A stretch of 19,323 nt of DNA from Candidatus Hydrogenedentota bacterium. Its GTDB lineage: Bacteria > Hydrogenedentota > Hydrogenedentia > Hydrogenedentales > GCA-2746185. A program made the position numbers and the translations under genes. The stretch is from the NCBI GenBank assembly GCA_046583315.1, contig JAYGCN010000351.1, positions 1-19,323 of the forward strand, written 5' to 3'. Positions 1 to 8,332 of this stretch are shown here, in pieces. The stretch's first letter is position 1; every line of letters begins with the position of its first letter. A model generated the notes under the pieces. The model searched no databases. It was not told where the DNA came from and saw only the letters and a program-made list of their open reading frames with translations.

Positions 1-702
1 GGACTCGGTTAGAGGGTTAGGACCAAGATCACATGGTCGTAGCCTGAGCAATTCGCCGGCTCTCGTTCCTGTGAGGAGTTGCAGATTTATTAAGGCCCAG
101 ACCTGAGAAGAAAGGAATGGTTCTAGCGCATGAATGTGGGATTCAGGGACAGGCAATTGTGGTACGGACTCACGAGCTTTAGAACGTCCTGCCGCTAAAT
201 TCTCTACTGTACAAATGGATTGATATACAGAGATATCTAGTCTCTCATGCGAAGCTGCCCATTTGAACATTCTGCGTAGGGCTGCCGTGTACTTGTTGAC
301 AGTTTCCCGCGTCAATCCGTTTTCGATCCATTCATCACGGATTCCTCGCAGTGATAGCGGCCCAAAGTCAGAGGCAGTTGAATCACCATACATCGTCACT
401 AAGGGTTTGAGTGCCTGTCGTAAGATATCCAATGATGAAGAAGGTTTACCGTTGGGAAGGCGATAGTATTCTTCACAATGAAGCCAATAGTCGCGACATA
501 TCTCAGAGATGGTGACCACCTCCTTCGCCACGCTTTCGACTTTCCGATTTGCTAACCACTCGGAGATAGCGCGATCATAAGCGACTTGCGTCTCAGCAGC
601 ACCCGATGGGCCTAAGTAGATTCTTCGTCCATTGAGTTCGACGAAGCCGCGATTGTTGTTCTCGCGAAGGGAAGGGATTCGTTGACGTTTTCTTGCTTTC
701 AT
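1..702 (-). CDS. Tyrosine recombinase/phage-type integrase, N-terminal 234 aa (runs off the window edge)
   Basis: Manual translation of the minus strand from ATG at 702 (GGAG RBS at 709-712) is open to position 1: MKARKRQRIPSLRENNNRGFVELNGRRIYLG...TRETVNKYTAALRRMFKWAASHE...LINLQLLTGTRAGELLRLRPCDL. It has an arm-binding-like N-terminus, a SAM-like core and the box I TGxRxGE catalytic Arg motif. It is absent from the ORF track because its stop lies outside the window. Confidence 0.93.
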   Translation of the reverse strand, partial: MKARKRQRIPSLRENNNRGFVELNGRRIYLGPSGAAETQVAYDRAISEWLANRKVESVAKEVVTISEICRDYWLHCEEYYRLPNGKPSSSLDILRQALKPLVTMYGDSTASDFGPLSLRGIRDEWIENGLTRETVNKYTAALRRMFKWAASHERLDISVYQSICTVENLAAGRSKARESVPQLPVPESHIHALEPFLSSQVWALINLQLLTGTRAGELLRLRPCDLGPNPLTES

Positions 703-713
703 GCTGATCTCCA

Positions 714-810
714 TAAGTGACAAACGGACAATTGTCCGGTCGTCGGTTATGACTTAATCAGCACGGCCACAAGGCCGGTACGCGGTAAGTCCCGCGTTCT
801 GTATGACTTC
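714..810. promoter_or_regulatory. Putative integrase/att-associated binding sites
   Basis: Perfect 14-bp palindrome CGGACAATTGTCCG (725-738). Inverted TAAGTC-N13-GACTTC (786-810) abuts the tRNA 3' end. TATGACTT occurs at 748-755 and 802-809, and TAAGT at 714 and 786. Confidence 0.45.
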
Positions 811-814
811 TAAA

Positions 815-891
815 TGGTGGGCGATGACGGACTCGAACCGCCGACTTCTTGCATGTCAAGCAAGCACTCTAACCACCTGAGCTAATCGCCC
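815..891 (-). tRNA. tRNA-Val (anticodon GAC), CCA encoded
   Basis: Reverse complement is GGGCGATTAGCTCAGGTGGTTAGAGTGCTTGCTTGACATGCAAGAAGTCGGCGGTTCGAGTCCGTCATCGCCCACCA. Acceptor stem GGGCGAT/ATCGCCC, anticodon arm CTTGC-TTGACAT-GCAAG, T-loop TTCGAGT. Confidence 0.98.
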
Positions 892-908
892 CCGAAAGGA
901 AGACCGAT

Positions 909-938
909 ATGGTAACAAAATGTCGCCGATCGTTGCAA
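909..938 (-). promoter_or_regulatory. Candidate sigma70-type promoter for tRNA-Val
   Basis: Minus strand TTGCAA-N18-TACCAT with a TGn extended -10, about 17 nt upstream of the tRNA 5' end. Confidence 0.5.
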
Positions 939-1035
939 TGGCAGGCCCGACAGATCATTTGTGTATAATCGACCTGTTGGGAAAGCACTGGAATCGATAA
1001 CGAAGTAAATCCGGACCAAAGGCGACAACACCTGC

Positions 1036-3327
1036 ATGGACAAGCACACGAATTCCTGGAATCGCCCGGCCTTCATCCTCCTCCTCAGCTTTCTAACGCT
1101 ACTCTGGCTAAAAGTCATGTGGCTGAATCGTCCAACGGAAATGGGCAGCGATGCGAGCGATATATATCGTCTATATATGCCAAATCTGCAATTCTACTTC
1201 GACTCGATCGCCCGCGGTGAATTCCCACTGTGGAATCCCTACGAGTTCGCCGGCATGCCCTTCGTCGCCGTACTCGAATTCGGCCCTTTCTATCCCTTAT
1301 CCATCATATACGCGTTGATGCCCCTCGGTGATGCGCACCTGGTCAGCACAGGACTTCATCTGCTGATTCTCTGCGTCGGATGTTATTCATTCAGTCTATA
1401 CACGCTCAAGCTACACCCCATCGCCGCAGTCACGGGAGCGATACTAATCGGTGCTTCCGGGTGGGCAATGATTCACGGACTCGCCGCAATGGATTCCTTT
1501 CGCGCGATGGCTTACCTCCCATGGGTTCTCATCACAACCGACTATCTCATTCAAAAACCGTCCCTAAAACGAAGCGCGGCCTTGGGATTCCTTCTCGCCC
1601 TGCAATTCCTCGCCGGAGAAGCCGAAATCTCCGTCCGAACCGGCCTCATACTCGCCCCCTACGCCCTGTACCGCATGTGGCACAGAAGAACGAGCGACAT
1701 CGTATTTCACCTTTTCGCCGCACGAAGAATCGCCTTCATTTTTGTAGGAGGCGTGTTCGCGCTGGGGTTGGGCGCCATCCAATGGATGCCGACCATGGAA
1801 GCGACCAGGCACAGCGTTCGCGAAGTCGGCAGCCTCACCTTTGAACAGGCACAGAGTGGGGGAGTATTCACCTACACGGCCCTGTTCCAAAAATTGACCA
1901 CCGGTAGCGATACCGCAAACATATTCTTCACCGGAACACTCATACTCGTTCTCGCAATGTACTCGCTGCGTCGCCGAAGAGAGTCGCTCATATTCTTCGT
2001 CGTGTTAACAATTGTGCTTGCAAGCCTGATGCTCGGAGAGACCTCCACGATTGCGCGACTCTACTTCAATCTCCCCACCGGGGATTGGTTTCGCTGGCCC
2101 TTTCGCTACATGCCGCTACTGGTTTTTAGCTTGTCAGTGCTCGCAGCGATGGGAATGGACAATGTCATTCGTGACTTCTCACCAGGAGAGAATCCCACGA
2201 AGGAAAAAAACGCGAGAAACTGGCCACCGATCATTTTCCCGCTCTTCACACTCATCTTCATCATGGTCTGGGACTATTTTCTTCCCTCCATCGAAAACGG
2301 AATCCTGATTCTGCCAACCATACTCGTGTTGTTAACAACCGCCGCGGCCATAAAGATGAACGCTCCAAAAAAAATCTTTTGGATAGGGCCAATGGCGGTC
2401 GTGTTGGCCACCCTACTGATGCCCGTCTGGCGCTATCCAACCATTCTGCTGACCCCGCCTACCGAACTCGACCTGCTCGGATTGCCCGACGCGATCAAGA
2501 ATCATCCAGAGTATCAGGCCAATAATGTGCAACGTCGCTATGTCGACTACGCCACCCCCCAAGGGCGTCGGATTCCCAAGTTCGGGACCCTAAGTCAGCT
2601 CCCGACCATTAATGGATTCTCCGTTTTCATGCCAGCCGCATTTTGGAAAGCCGTGTCGCCAACTCTACTCGACCGTCTCACTCCAGATGAGTCGACCGAA
2701 CACGTCGGCGTGCCGACAGGACTTTGGGCCGGTCTCTCAATCGATAACGGAGCACAGGAAATACTCAACGTCTTGGGTGTCCGGTACGTCGTTCTCGGTC
2801 TAGGGCAGGAATTGTTGACCGAGGGACAAGACGATACCGATCTCAAACGAATACTCGATGTCGCTCCCTACAGTCTCTGGGAAAATCCCGATGTCTGGGA
2901 ACGCGCCTTCATAATTCCTGATGCACTCGAAGTCGACGACCTCAATGCGCTTCAAGAAAAATACGCCCAAGGAATCGTCGGTGTTCAAATTGCCGATGCA
3001 AGACTCAACAGCGTCACCCTCGAACTGCCAGAAAACAATCCCTCCGGACTTCTCGTTCTCACCGATCAAGACTACCCCGGATGGCAGGTCACCGTCGACG
3101 GCTCCAAACGCGACATTACCACCGTCGCAGGCCTCTTTCGCGGAGTCGAAGTGAAAGAGACCGACCAACAAATACGTTTTGTTTACAGACCGATCTCGTT
3201 TCGTCTAGGCCTGCTCATTACCGTTTTTTCACTAATCGCATGCGGATGCGTCTTCGTGCTATCCACATTTGCTTCGAAATCTCGACAGCCCGACAACAAC
3301 TCCAATTCCGATGTGATAAACTCATAG
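1036..3327 (+). CDS. YfhO-family polytopic membrane protein (GT-C-like putative glycosyltransferase)
   Basis: 763 aa with many hydrophobic segments. N-terminal GEFPLWNPYEFAGMPF and C-terminal LVLTDQDYPGWQVTVDG...FRGV...FVYRP plus a terminal TM helix are typical of YfhO. Confidence 0.85.
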   Translation: MDKHTNSWNRPAFILLLSFLTLLWLKVMWLNRPTEMGSDASDIYRLYMPNLQFYFDSIARGEFPLWNPYEFAGMPFVAVLEFGPFYPLSIIYALMPLGDAHLVSTGLHLLILCVGCYSFSLYTLKLHPIAAVTGAILIGASGWAMIHGLAAMDSFRAMAYLPWVLITTDYLIQKPSLKRSAALGFLLALQFLAGEAEISVRTGLILAPYALYRMWHRRTSDIVFHLFAARRIAFIFVGGVFALGLGAIQWMPTMEATRHSVREVGSLTFEQAQSGGVFTYTALFQKLTTGSDTANIFFTGTLILVLAMYSLRRRRESLIFFVVLTIVLASLMLGETSTIARLYFNLPTGDWFRWPFRYMPLLVFSLSVLAAMGMDNVIRDFSPGENPTKEKNARNWPPIIFPLFTLIFIMVWDYFLPSIENGILILPTILVLLTTAAAIKMNAPKKIFWIGPMAVVLATLLMPVWRYPTILLTPPTELDLLGLPDAIKNHPEYQANNVQRRYVDYATPQGRRIPKFGTLSQLPTINGFSVFMPAAFWKAVSPTLLDRLTPDESTEHVGVPTGLWAGLSIDNGAQEILNVLGVRYVVLGLGQELLTEGQDDTDLKRILDVAPYSLWENPDVWERAFIIPDALEVDDLNALQEKYAQGIVGVQIADARLNSVTLELPENNPSGLLVLTDQDYPGWQVTVDGSKRDITTVAGLFRGVEVKETDQQIRFVYRPISFRLGLLITVFSLIACGCVFVLSTFASKSRQPDNNSNSDVINS

Positions 3328-3369
3328 TCGCCAATCCCTGCGGTCCTTATCGAAAGCAAGCTGAACCCA

Positions 3370-4431
3370 ATGAAATTTATCCGTTACATTCCCATCATTA
3401 CCCTCTATTGCGGCCTTGCTCACGCACAAGAATCCGAATTTCTCGTCGACATTCTGCAGCAGAACATCCGGGAAGGTCAGGAAGCTCCCTATACCTTCGA
3501 GCATCGCGCCATGGGCACCGAATTCATGTTAGTGATGTACAGACGCGAAGGGGACATCGGTTATGACGATCTGCTACCCGTTGCGACAGATGCCTTCGAA
3601 GCCCTCGACGCGCTTGAGCGTAAAATCAGCAGTTGGATAAACACCAGCGATACCTCCCGCGTGAATCAAAAGGCCCACCTGGAACCCATCCGGGTTATGG
3701 CCGATGTCTTCGACTTATTCGAAGTATCCACGCAAATGTACAAAGATACCCACGGAATTTTCGATATTACCGTGGGGCCGCTCATCGAACTCTGGCGCGA
3801 TCCACTGGCCAACGATACCCAACCAAGCCAGGAAGCCCTTCGTAACACCATGAAATCCATAGGGATGGGCCGAGTGACAATGGATAAAGCCGCGCAGACC
3901 ATTCGATTTGGCGCTCCCGGCATGCGCGTATCATTCGGTGGAATCGGAAAAGGCCTTGCCCTGGATCATATGCTACCCATTTTAAAGACGCACGGCATCG
4001 AAAGTGCCCTGCTCAGCGGCGGGGACAGCTCCATGTACGCAATGGGCGCCCCTCCCGGTGAAACCTTCTGGAAAATTGGCATATATAACCCGTATAATAC
4101 GCAGGAAGGCGTCGATATCGTGTTTTTGCGCGATCAGGCACTTTCTACCTCAGCATGTTATCAGCACCTTTCAGGTGTCACCGGCAAGCCATGCGGCATT
4201 TTCGACCCCCGCACAGGAATGCCCGTTGAAAACATGATGAGCGCAACCGTTGTGGCACCTTCAGGAATGCTGTCCGACGCATTAAGCACGGCATTCTACA
4301 TCATGGGGATGAAAGATGCGCGCGACTACTGCGAGCGGCACCCCGAAGTGTACGCGGTGATGGTTGCGAATCCCGAAGACGGGATTCCAAAACCGATTCG
4401 TATAGGAAAACAAGGTAGTATCAAACCATAA
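3370..4431 (+). CDS. apbE: FAD:protein FMN transferase (ApbE family), exported, divergent active site
   Basis: Motifs AMGT, FDITVGPLIELW, FGGIGKG, GGDSS, ALSTS, DPRTG and SDALSTAF. Sec signal peptide ending AHA-Q. Confidence 0.9.
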   Translation: MKFIRYIPIITLYCGLAHAQESEFLVDILQQNIREGQEAPYTFEHRAMGTEFMLVMYRREGDIGYDDLLPVATDAFEALDALERKISSWINTSDTSRVNQKAHLEPIRVMADVFDLFEVSTQMYKDTHGIFDITVGPLIELWRDPLANDTQPSQEALRNTMKSIGMGRVTMDKAAQTIRFGAPGMRVSFGGIGKGLALDHMLPILKTHGIESALLSGGDSSMYAMGAPPGETFWKIGIYNPYNTQEGVDIVFLRDQALSTSACYQHLSGVTGKPCGIFDPRTGMPVENMMSATVVAPSGMLSDALSTAFYIMGMKDARDYCERHPEVYAVMVANPEDGIPKPIRIGKQGSIKP

Positions 4432-4446
4432 GAAGGAAGTCATCCA

Positions 4447-6003
4447 ATGGCCAGTGAATTCACACGACGCAACTTTATCAAAGCATCCGGGACCGCAGCC
4501 GGTCTCGCTATGGCAGCCGGGGTAAATCCTCGTAGCTTTGCCCAAAACAGCAAGATACGCCTGGGCATCATCGGTACCGGGAAACAAGGCCAAATTGCTC
4601 ACATCGGCGAAGGTCTCACCGTCAACAAAGATCAGATTCAAATCGTCTCCATATGCGACGTATGGGGATACAATCGCGACATCGCCACGAAACTTATCGC
4701 CGACAGGAATCTCACCGACGGCAAGAAACTCGGTGTTTATGTCGACTACAAAGAAATGCTGGACGAGGAAGAGCTGGACGCTGTGCTCATTGCCACGCCG
4801 CTCTACACGCACTACCAGATCGCCATGGACAGCCTCGACGCGGGATTGTATGTCTTCTGCGAAAAAACCATGACCATGACCATCGAAGAAAGCCGCAACC
4901 TCGTTAAGAAATGCAACGAGACCGGTAAATTTCTGCAAATCGGTCACCAGCGCCACTACAACCCGTATTATAATAAAGCCTATTGGCTCGCAAACGACAA
5001 AAATATGCTTGGGCGCATCACACACATCACAGCTCAGTGGCACCGCAACGAATCCTGGCGTCGCGCCGTTCCAAAAGGCTACGTGATGACCGATGAGGAT
5101 AAAAAATACATCGGACCAACCGAAAAAGATCTCGATAAACACATCAACTGGCGTCTGTATAACGATATGTCGGCCGGACTAATGACCGAACTCGGCACAC
5201 ACCAGCTCGATGTTGCAAGTTGGTTCCTGGGTTCGATTCCAACCAAAGTTTCTGGCTTCGGCGGCCTCGAATACTGGCGTGATGATCGCGACGCGGAAGA
5301 CCACACCACGCTTATTTACGAATGGAACGTAAAACCCGGTGACAAAGGATACCGCAACATCGAACGACGTCACGGGGCGCAAAAGAAAACACGCATCAAT
5401 CGCGCGTACAAAGTTCGCATGACCTATTCCAGCATCTGCACAAACGCCCAAAGCCACTACGGCGAATTGATTCAAGGGGAACGAGGTGCCTTCGAAATTC
5501 TGGGAGAACAGAAACTGTATTTCTACCCCGAACCCTCATACCAGCTCGCGCTCCAGCAAAAAGCTGCACGCGCAGCAGGCAAAAAAGTTGCCGCGACCAC
5601 CTCCAAATCCTACATCCCCGGCGCAGCCGGTGCAGAAGGCATCCCCATCGAAGTGTATACCGATGCGAACAAAAGCATCGAATACAACGTCTGGATGGCC
5701 AACCACAATCAATGGGCCGGATTCGTAGACAACATTAAGAACGGCGGCACTCCGAAAGCCAATCAGGTCACCGGCCTGATTTCAGCCATCTGTGGCCACA
5801 AAGGCAACGAAGCCATCCGTAACGGCGGTACCATCGAAATTGATCCCGCACTCATGGCCTTCGATTTCGAAACGCCCGATCCCCATCGCTTCGATGAAGT
5901 CGCGGGACCAGAGATCGCAGAATCGATAGCCCTGTTGAAGCAGAAAAAACTCGACGCAGCCCGGAAACTCATCGAAGAAACCGAAAAGGCTGACAAAGCC
6001 TAA
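4447..6003 (+). CDS. Tat-exported Gfo/Idh/MocA family oxidoreductase
   Basis: Twin-arginine TRRNFIK signal, Rossmann GIIGTGKQG, IATP..H, CEKT, QIGHQR and NWRLY...AGLMTELGTHQLD. AAGGAAG RBS upstream. Confidence 0.92.
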   Translation: MASEFTRRNFIKASGTAAGLAMAAGVNPRSFAQNSKIRLGIIGTGKQGQIAHIGEGLTVNKDQIQIVSICDVWGYNRDIATKLIADRNLTDGKKLGVYVDYKEMLDEEELDAVLIATPLYTHYQIAMDSLDAGLYVFCEKTMTMTIEESRNLVKKCNETGKFLQIGHQRHYNPYYNKAYWLANDKNMLGRITHITAQWHRNESWRRAVPKGYVMTDEDKKYIGPTEKDLDKHINWRLYNDMSAGLMTELGTHQLDVASWFLGSIPTKVSGFGGLEYWRDDRDAEDHTTLIYEWNVKPGDKGYRNIERRHGAQKKTRINRAYKVRMTYSSICTNAQSHYGELIQGERGAFEILGEQKLYFYPEPSYQLALQQKAARAAGKKVAATTSKSYIPGAAGAEGIPIEVYTDANKSIEYNVWMANHNQWAGFVDNIKNGGTPKANQVTGLISAICGHKGNEAIRNGGTIEIDPALMAFDFETPDPHRFDEVAGPEIAESIALLKQKKLDAARKLIEETEKADKA

Positions 6004-6032
6004 CACGCTGACTCGATTGGAGAAAAATACAC

Positions 6033-6704
6033 ATGAAAGTTATGATTGAACGATTCGGGTTCTTGCTCTGCGCATTGACCTTAACCCTGTTCCTGTCCGC
6101 CTGCAGCGATCCCGCCGCAGACAAAGAAGAAGCAAAGGTTCAGGATGCCGTCGAAATTCCCGAAACCACAGAAGCCGGGGGAGAGGATGCCGCGCCTGTC
6201 GAAATTGAAGGCACTAAATACGTAATGGACCCAAGCATCTCAAGCATCACCTTCACCGGGTCCAAAGTATCCGGTACACACTCCGGCGGCTGGTCAAAAT
6301 ACGAATGTACCGTTATCGTACCCGACGGCGATTTCACGAAGGCAGCGATTGTCATCGACTTCGACATGACTTCGACCTTCAGCGACGACACCGACCTCAC
6401 GGACACCCTCAAAAGCGACAAAATATTTGACGTGGCAACATACCCCACGGCGAAATTCGTCTCCACCAGTATCGAAGGCTCGGACGGCGAATATCGGGTA
6501 TCAGGAAACTTCACCCTGCACGGCGTCACGAAAAACATCACGTTTACCGCCGATGTAGAATTGGAAGACGACTCGCTCATCGCCGAAGCCGATTTCTCAA
6601 TCAATCGTAAAGACTTCAATGTCAATTACGACGGACTCGCCGACGACCTCATTCGCGAAAAAGTAGTGCTGCTCTTCTACGTCGAAGGTAGCCCGGCCGA
6701 GTAA
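6033..6704 (+). CDS. YceI-like (polyisoprenoid-binding beta-barrel) lipoprotein
   Basis: Lipobox LSAC and an acidic linker, then SSITFTGSKV.GTH.G, LKSDKIFDVATYPTAKF, GNFTLHGVTKNITF and FSINRKDF. GGAG RBS upstream. Confidence 0.9.
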   Translation: MKVMIERFGFLLCALTLTLFLSACSDPAADKEEAKVQDAVEIPETTEAGGEDAAPVEIEGTKYVMDPSISSITFTGSKVSGTHSGGWSKYECTVIVPDGDFTKAAIVIDFDMTSTFSDDTDLTDTLKSDKIFDVATYPTAKFVSTSIEGSDGEYRVSGNFTLHGVTKNITFTADVELEDDSLIAEADFSINRKDFNVNYDGLADDLIREKVVLLFYVEGSPAE

Positions 6705-6728
6705 GGTATACCGAAGTTCTAATCATGC

Positions 6729-6765
6729 AGAGCCGACGGCGAGTAATCCGTCGGTTCTTTCTTTT
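6729..6765 (+). terminator. Rho-independent terminator after the YceI gene
   Basis: AGAGCCGACGG-cgagtaat-CCGTCGGTTCT stem followed by TTCTTTT. Confidence 0.7.
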
Positions 6766-6804
6766 GTCAAGATATCGTTTCTGACTAGGCTGAGGAATAC
6801 GTGA

Positions 6805-7272
6805 ATGAGTGACACCACGACACATCGCCAATACGCCGTGCAATGCTTCAACGAGTGTTGGGATTATATCGACAAAGAGATGCGCAACGACGAAGACATC
6901 GAGCAGATGTTACTGTTGGTGCATGCATCGCTCTGGCACTGGAAGAATTCGCTGGATAGTACGCCGGAGAATTTGTCGGTCGGAAACTGGCAAGTATCCA
7001 GGGTATACGCGCTCGCGGGCCACGGGGAATTGTCACGCAAGTTCGCGCAACGGAGTCTGGTGATCGCCCGCGACGCCGAGCTCTCTCCATTCTATATCGG
7101 CTACGCATACGAAGCCCTGGCCAGAGCACAAGCCGTATCCGGCGCATCCGATCACGTCGCTGAATATCTTGCCAAGGCGAATGCTGCACTCGCGAATGTG
7201 TCCAGGGATGAAGAACGCGAATTACTTCAAGCGGACCTTCAGAATCTTGTAGAATCCGGCCACAACATCTAA
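6805..7272 (+). CDS. Conserved hypothetical alpha-helical protein
   Basis: 155 aa with a GAGGA RBS. The pattern HRQYAVQCFNECW...HASLWHW...WQVSRVYA...GYAYEALARA resembles a widespread uncharacterised family. Its stop overlaps the convergent HD-GYP stop. Confidence 0.75.
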   Translation: MSDTTTHRQYAVQCFNECWDYIDKEMRNDEDIEQMLLLVHASLWHWKNSLDSTPENLSVGNWQVSRVYALAGHGELSRKFAQRSLVIARDAELSPFYIGYAYEALARAQAVSGASDHVAEYLAKANAALANVSRDEERELLQADLQNLVESGHNI

Positions 7273-8261
7273 TTCGCGAAGCCCAGCATGGTGATTAGTG
7301 CCTTTACAATATCGATGTCCAGCTCATCCTGTAACTCCTGACTCATCACCTCCAGCGCTTCGTAGGTGCCCAACGCCTTCTTGTGCAAGCGATTCGTCGT
7401 CAGTGCATCAAACACATCCACCGTCGTGCAAATTCGTACCAAGGGACTCACGTCATCGCCCGCCAAGCCATCCGGATACCCCGAACCATCCATCTTCTCA
7501 TGATGATGCCGAACCACATCCAAGGTGACAGAACTCGTGACATTCGTCTCCTTGAGAAGCTCCTCTGAATACACCGGATGCTGTTTGATCTCCAGAAATT
7601 CCTTCTGCGTCAATTGACCCGTATTGTGTACAATTTTCGGGGATATCTTCGAAAGCCCCACATCCCGAAACAACGTTCCTGTACCGAATTCAATCAGCCG
7701 CTCGCCCGGATAACCCATTCGTTGCGCCAACGCCAGACTCATCACGCACCCATTCACGCTGTGCGTATAAATATCGTAATCCACCGAAGCGCTCTCAACC
7801 AGATACCGAAGTGCAGCGCGCTGACCAAACAAAAAATCGACCGTATGCGAGATCAGCTGACCGCCCCGTTCTAGTCCTTCTTCAATATCGGTGCCTTCGA
7901 GTACGTCTTCCACAACGCCCTGCGAGGTAATGTGAAACAGTTGCGACTTGTCTTCCATCCGAACGCCGACATCCGCCAGAATCGCGGGCAGGTTTTTCTC
8001 AATGTAACGACGATACTGCCCCAGCTGATTCGCATGAATGAACAGATACTCGACTTGATTGTCCTGAAGACGACGCCGACTCGCTTCCTTGAACGGCACG
8101 CTGTGATCCGCATACAACACCGCGGGTTCGTCCGAAGTCACCTTGATATACAAATCAAACTGCGTGACCGTATCCACACGCAATGACGCGACTTGTATAG
8201 GGATAAATTCACGCCCCTGCTTAAGCGCGATTACGAAGCTTTCCAGATTTGGTGAAGCCAT
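7269..8261 (-). CDS. HD-GYP domain protein (degenerate HD motif)
   Basis: YTHSVN, QHP, HHHEKMDGSGYPDGL and DVFDALTT are present. The HD dyad reads RD (LFRDVG). GAGGA RBS upstream. Confidence 0.9.
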   Translation of the reverse strand: MASPNLESFVIALKQGREFIPIQVASLRVDTVTQFDLYIKVTSDEPAVLYADHSVPFKEASRRRLQDNQVEYLFIHANQLGQYRRYIEKNLPAILADVGVRMEDKSQLFHITSQGVVEDVLEGTDIEEGLERGGQLISHTVDFLFGQRAALRYLVESASVDYDIYTHSVNGCVMSLALAQRMGYPGERLIEFGTGTLFRDVGLSKISPKIVHNTGQLTQKEFLEIKQHPVYSEELLKETNVTSSVTLDVVRHHHEKMDGSGYPDGLAGDDVSPLVRICTTVDVFDALTTNRLHKKALGTYEALEVMSQELQDELDIDIVKALITMLGFAN

Positions 8262-8297
8262 ATCCTCAACGATCCCCCGACCACCCGGTTCACTAAG

Positions 8298-8326
8298 AGC
8301 ATAACACGATTTCGGACAATTGACAA
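8298..8326 (-). promoter_or_regulatory. Candidate promoter for the HD-GYP gene
   Basis: Minus strand TTGTCA-N17-TATGCT with a TGn extension. Confidence 0.45.
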
Positions 8327-8332
8327 ATTGCC

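Larger units (their letters stand above)
1..814 (-). mobile_element. End of an integrative element (genomic island or prophage) inserted at the 3' end of tRNA-Val
   Basis: The integrase starts about 113 bp downstream of the tRNA CCA end in the same orientation, the classic tRNA-targeted island layout. The second att copy would lie outside the window. Confidence 0.75.

Noticed and set aside
263..466. 67-aa plus-strand ORF
   Set aside because: It is the antisense shadow of the integrase on the minus strand.
725..8322. CGGACAATTG shared between the integrase leader and the HD-GYP promoter region
   Set aside because: It is only 10 bp and the second copy is not the full palindrome, so chance is sufficient.
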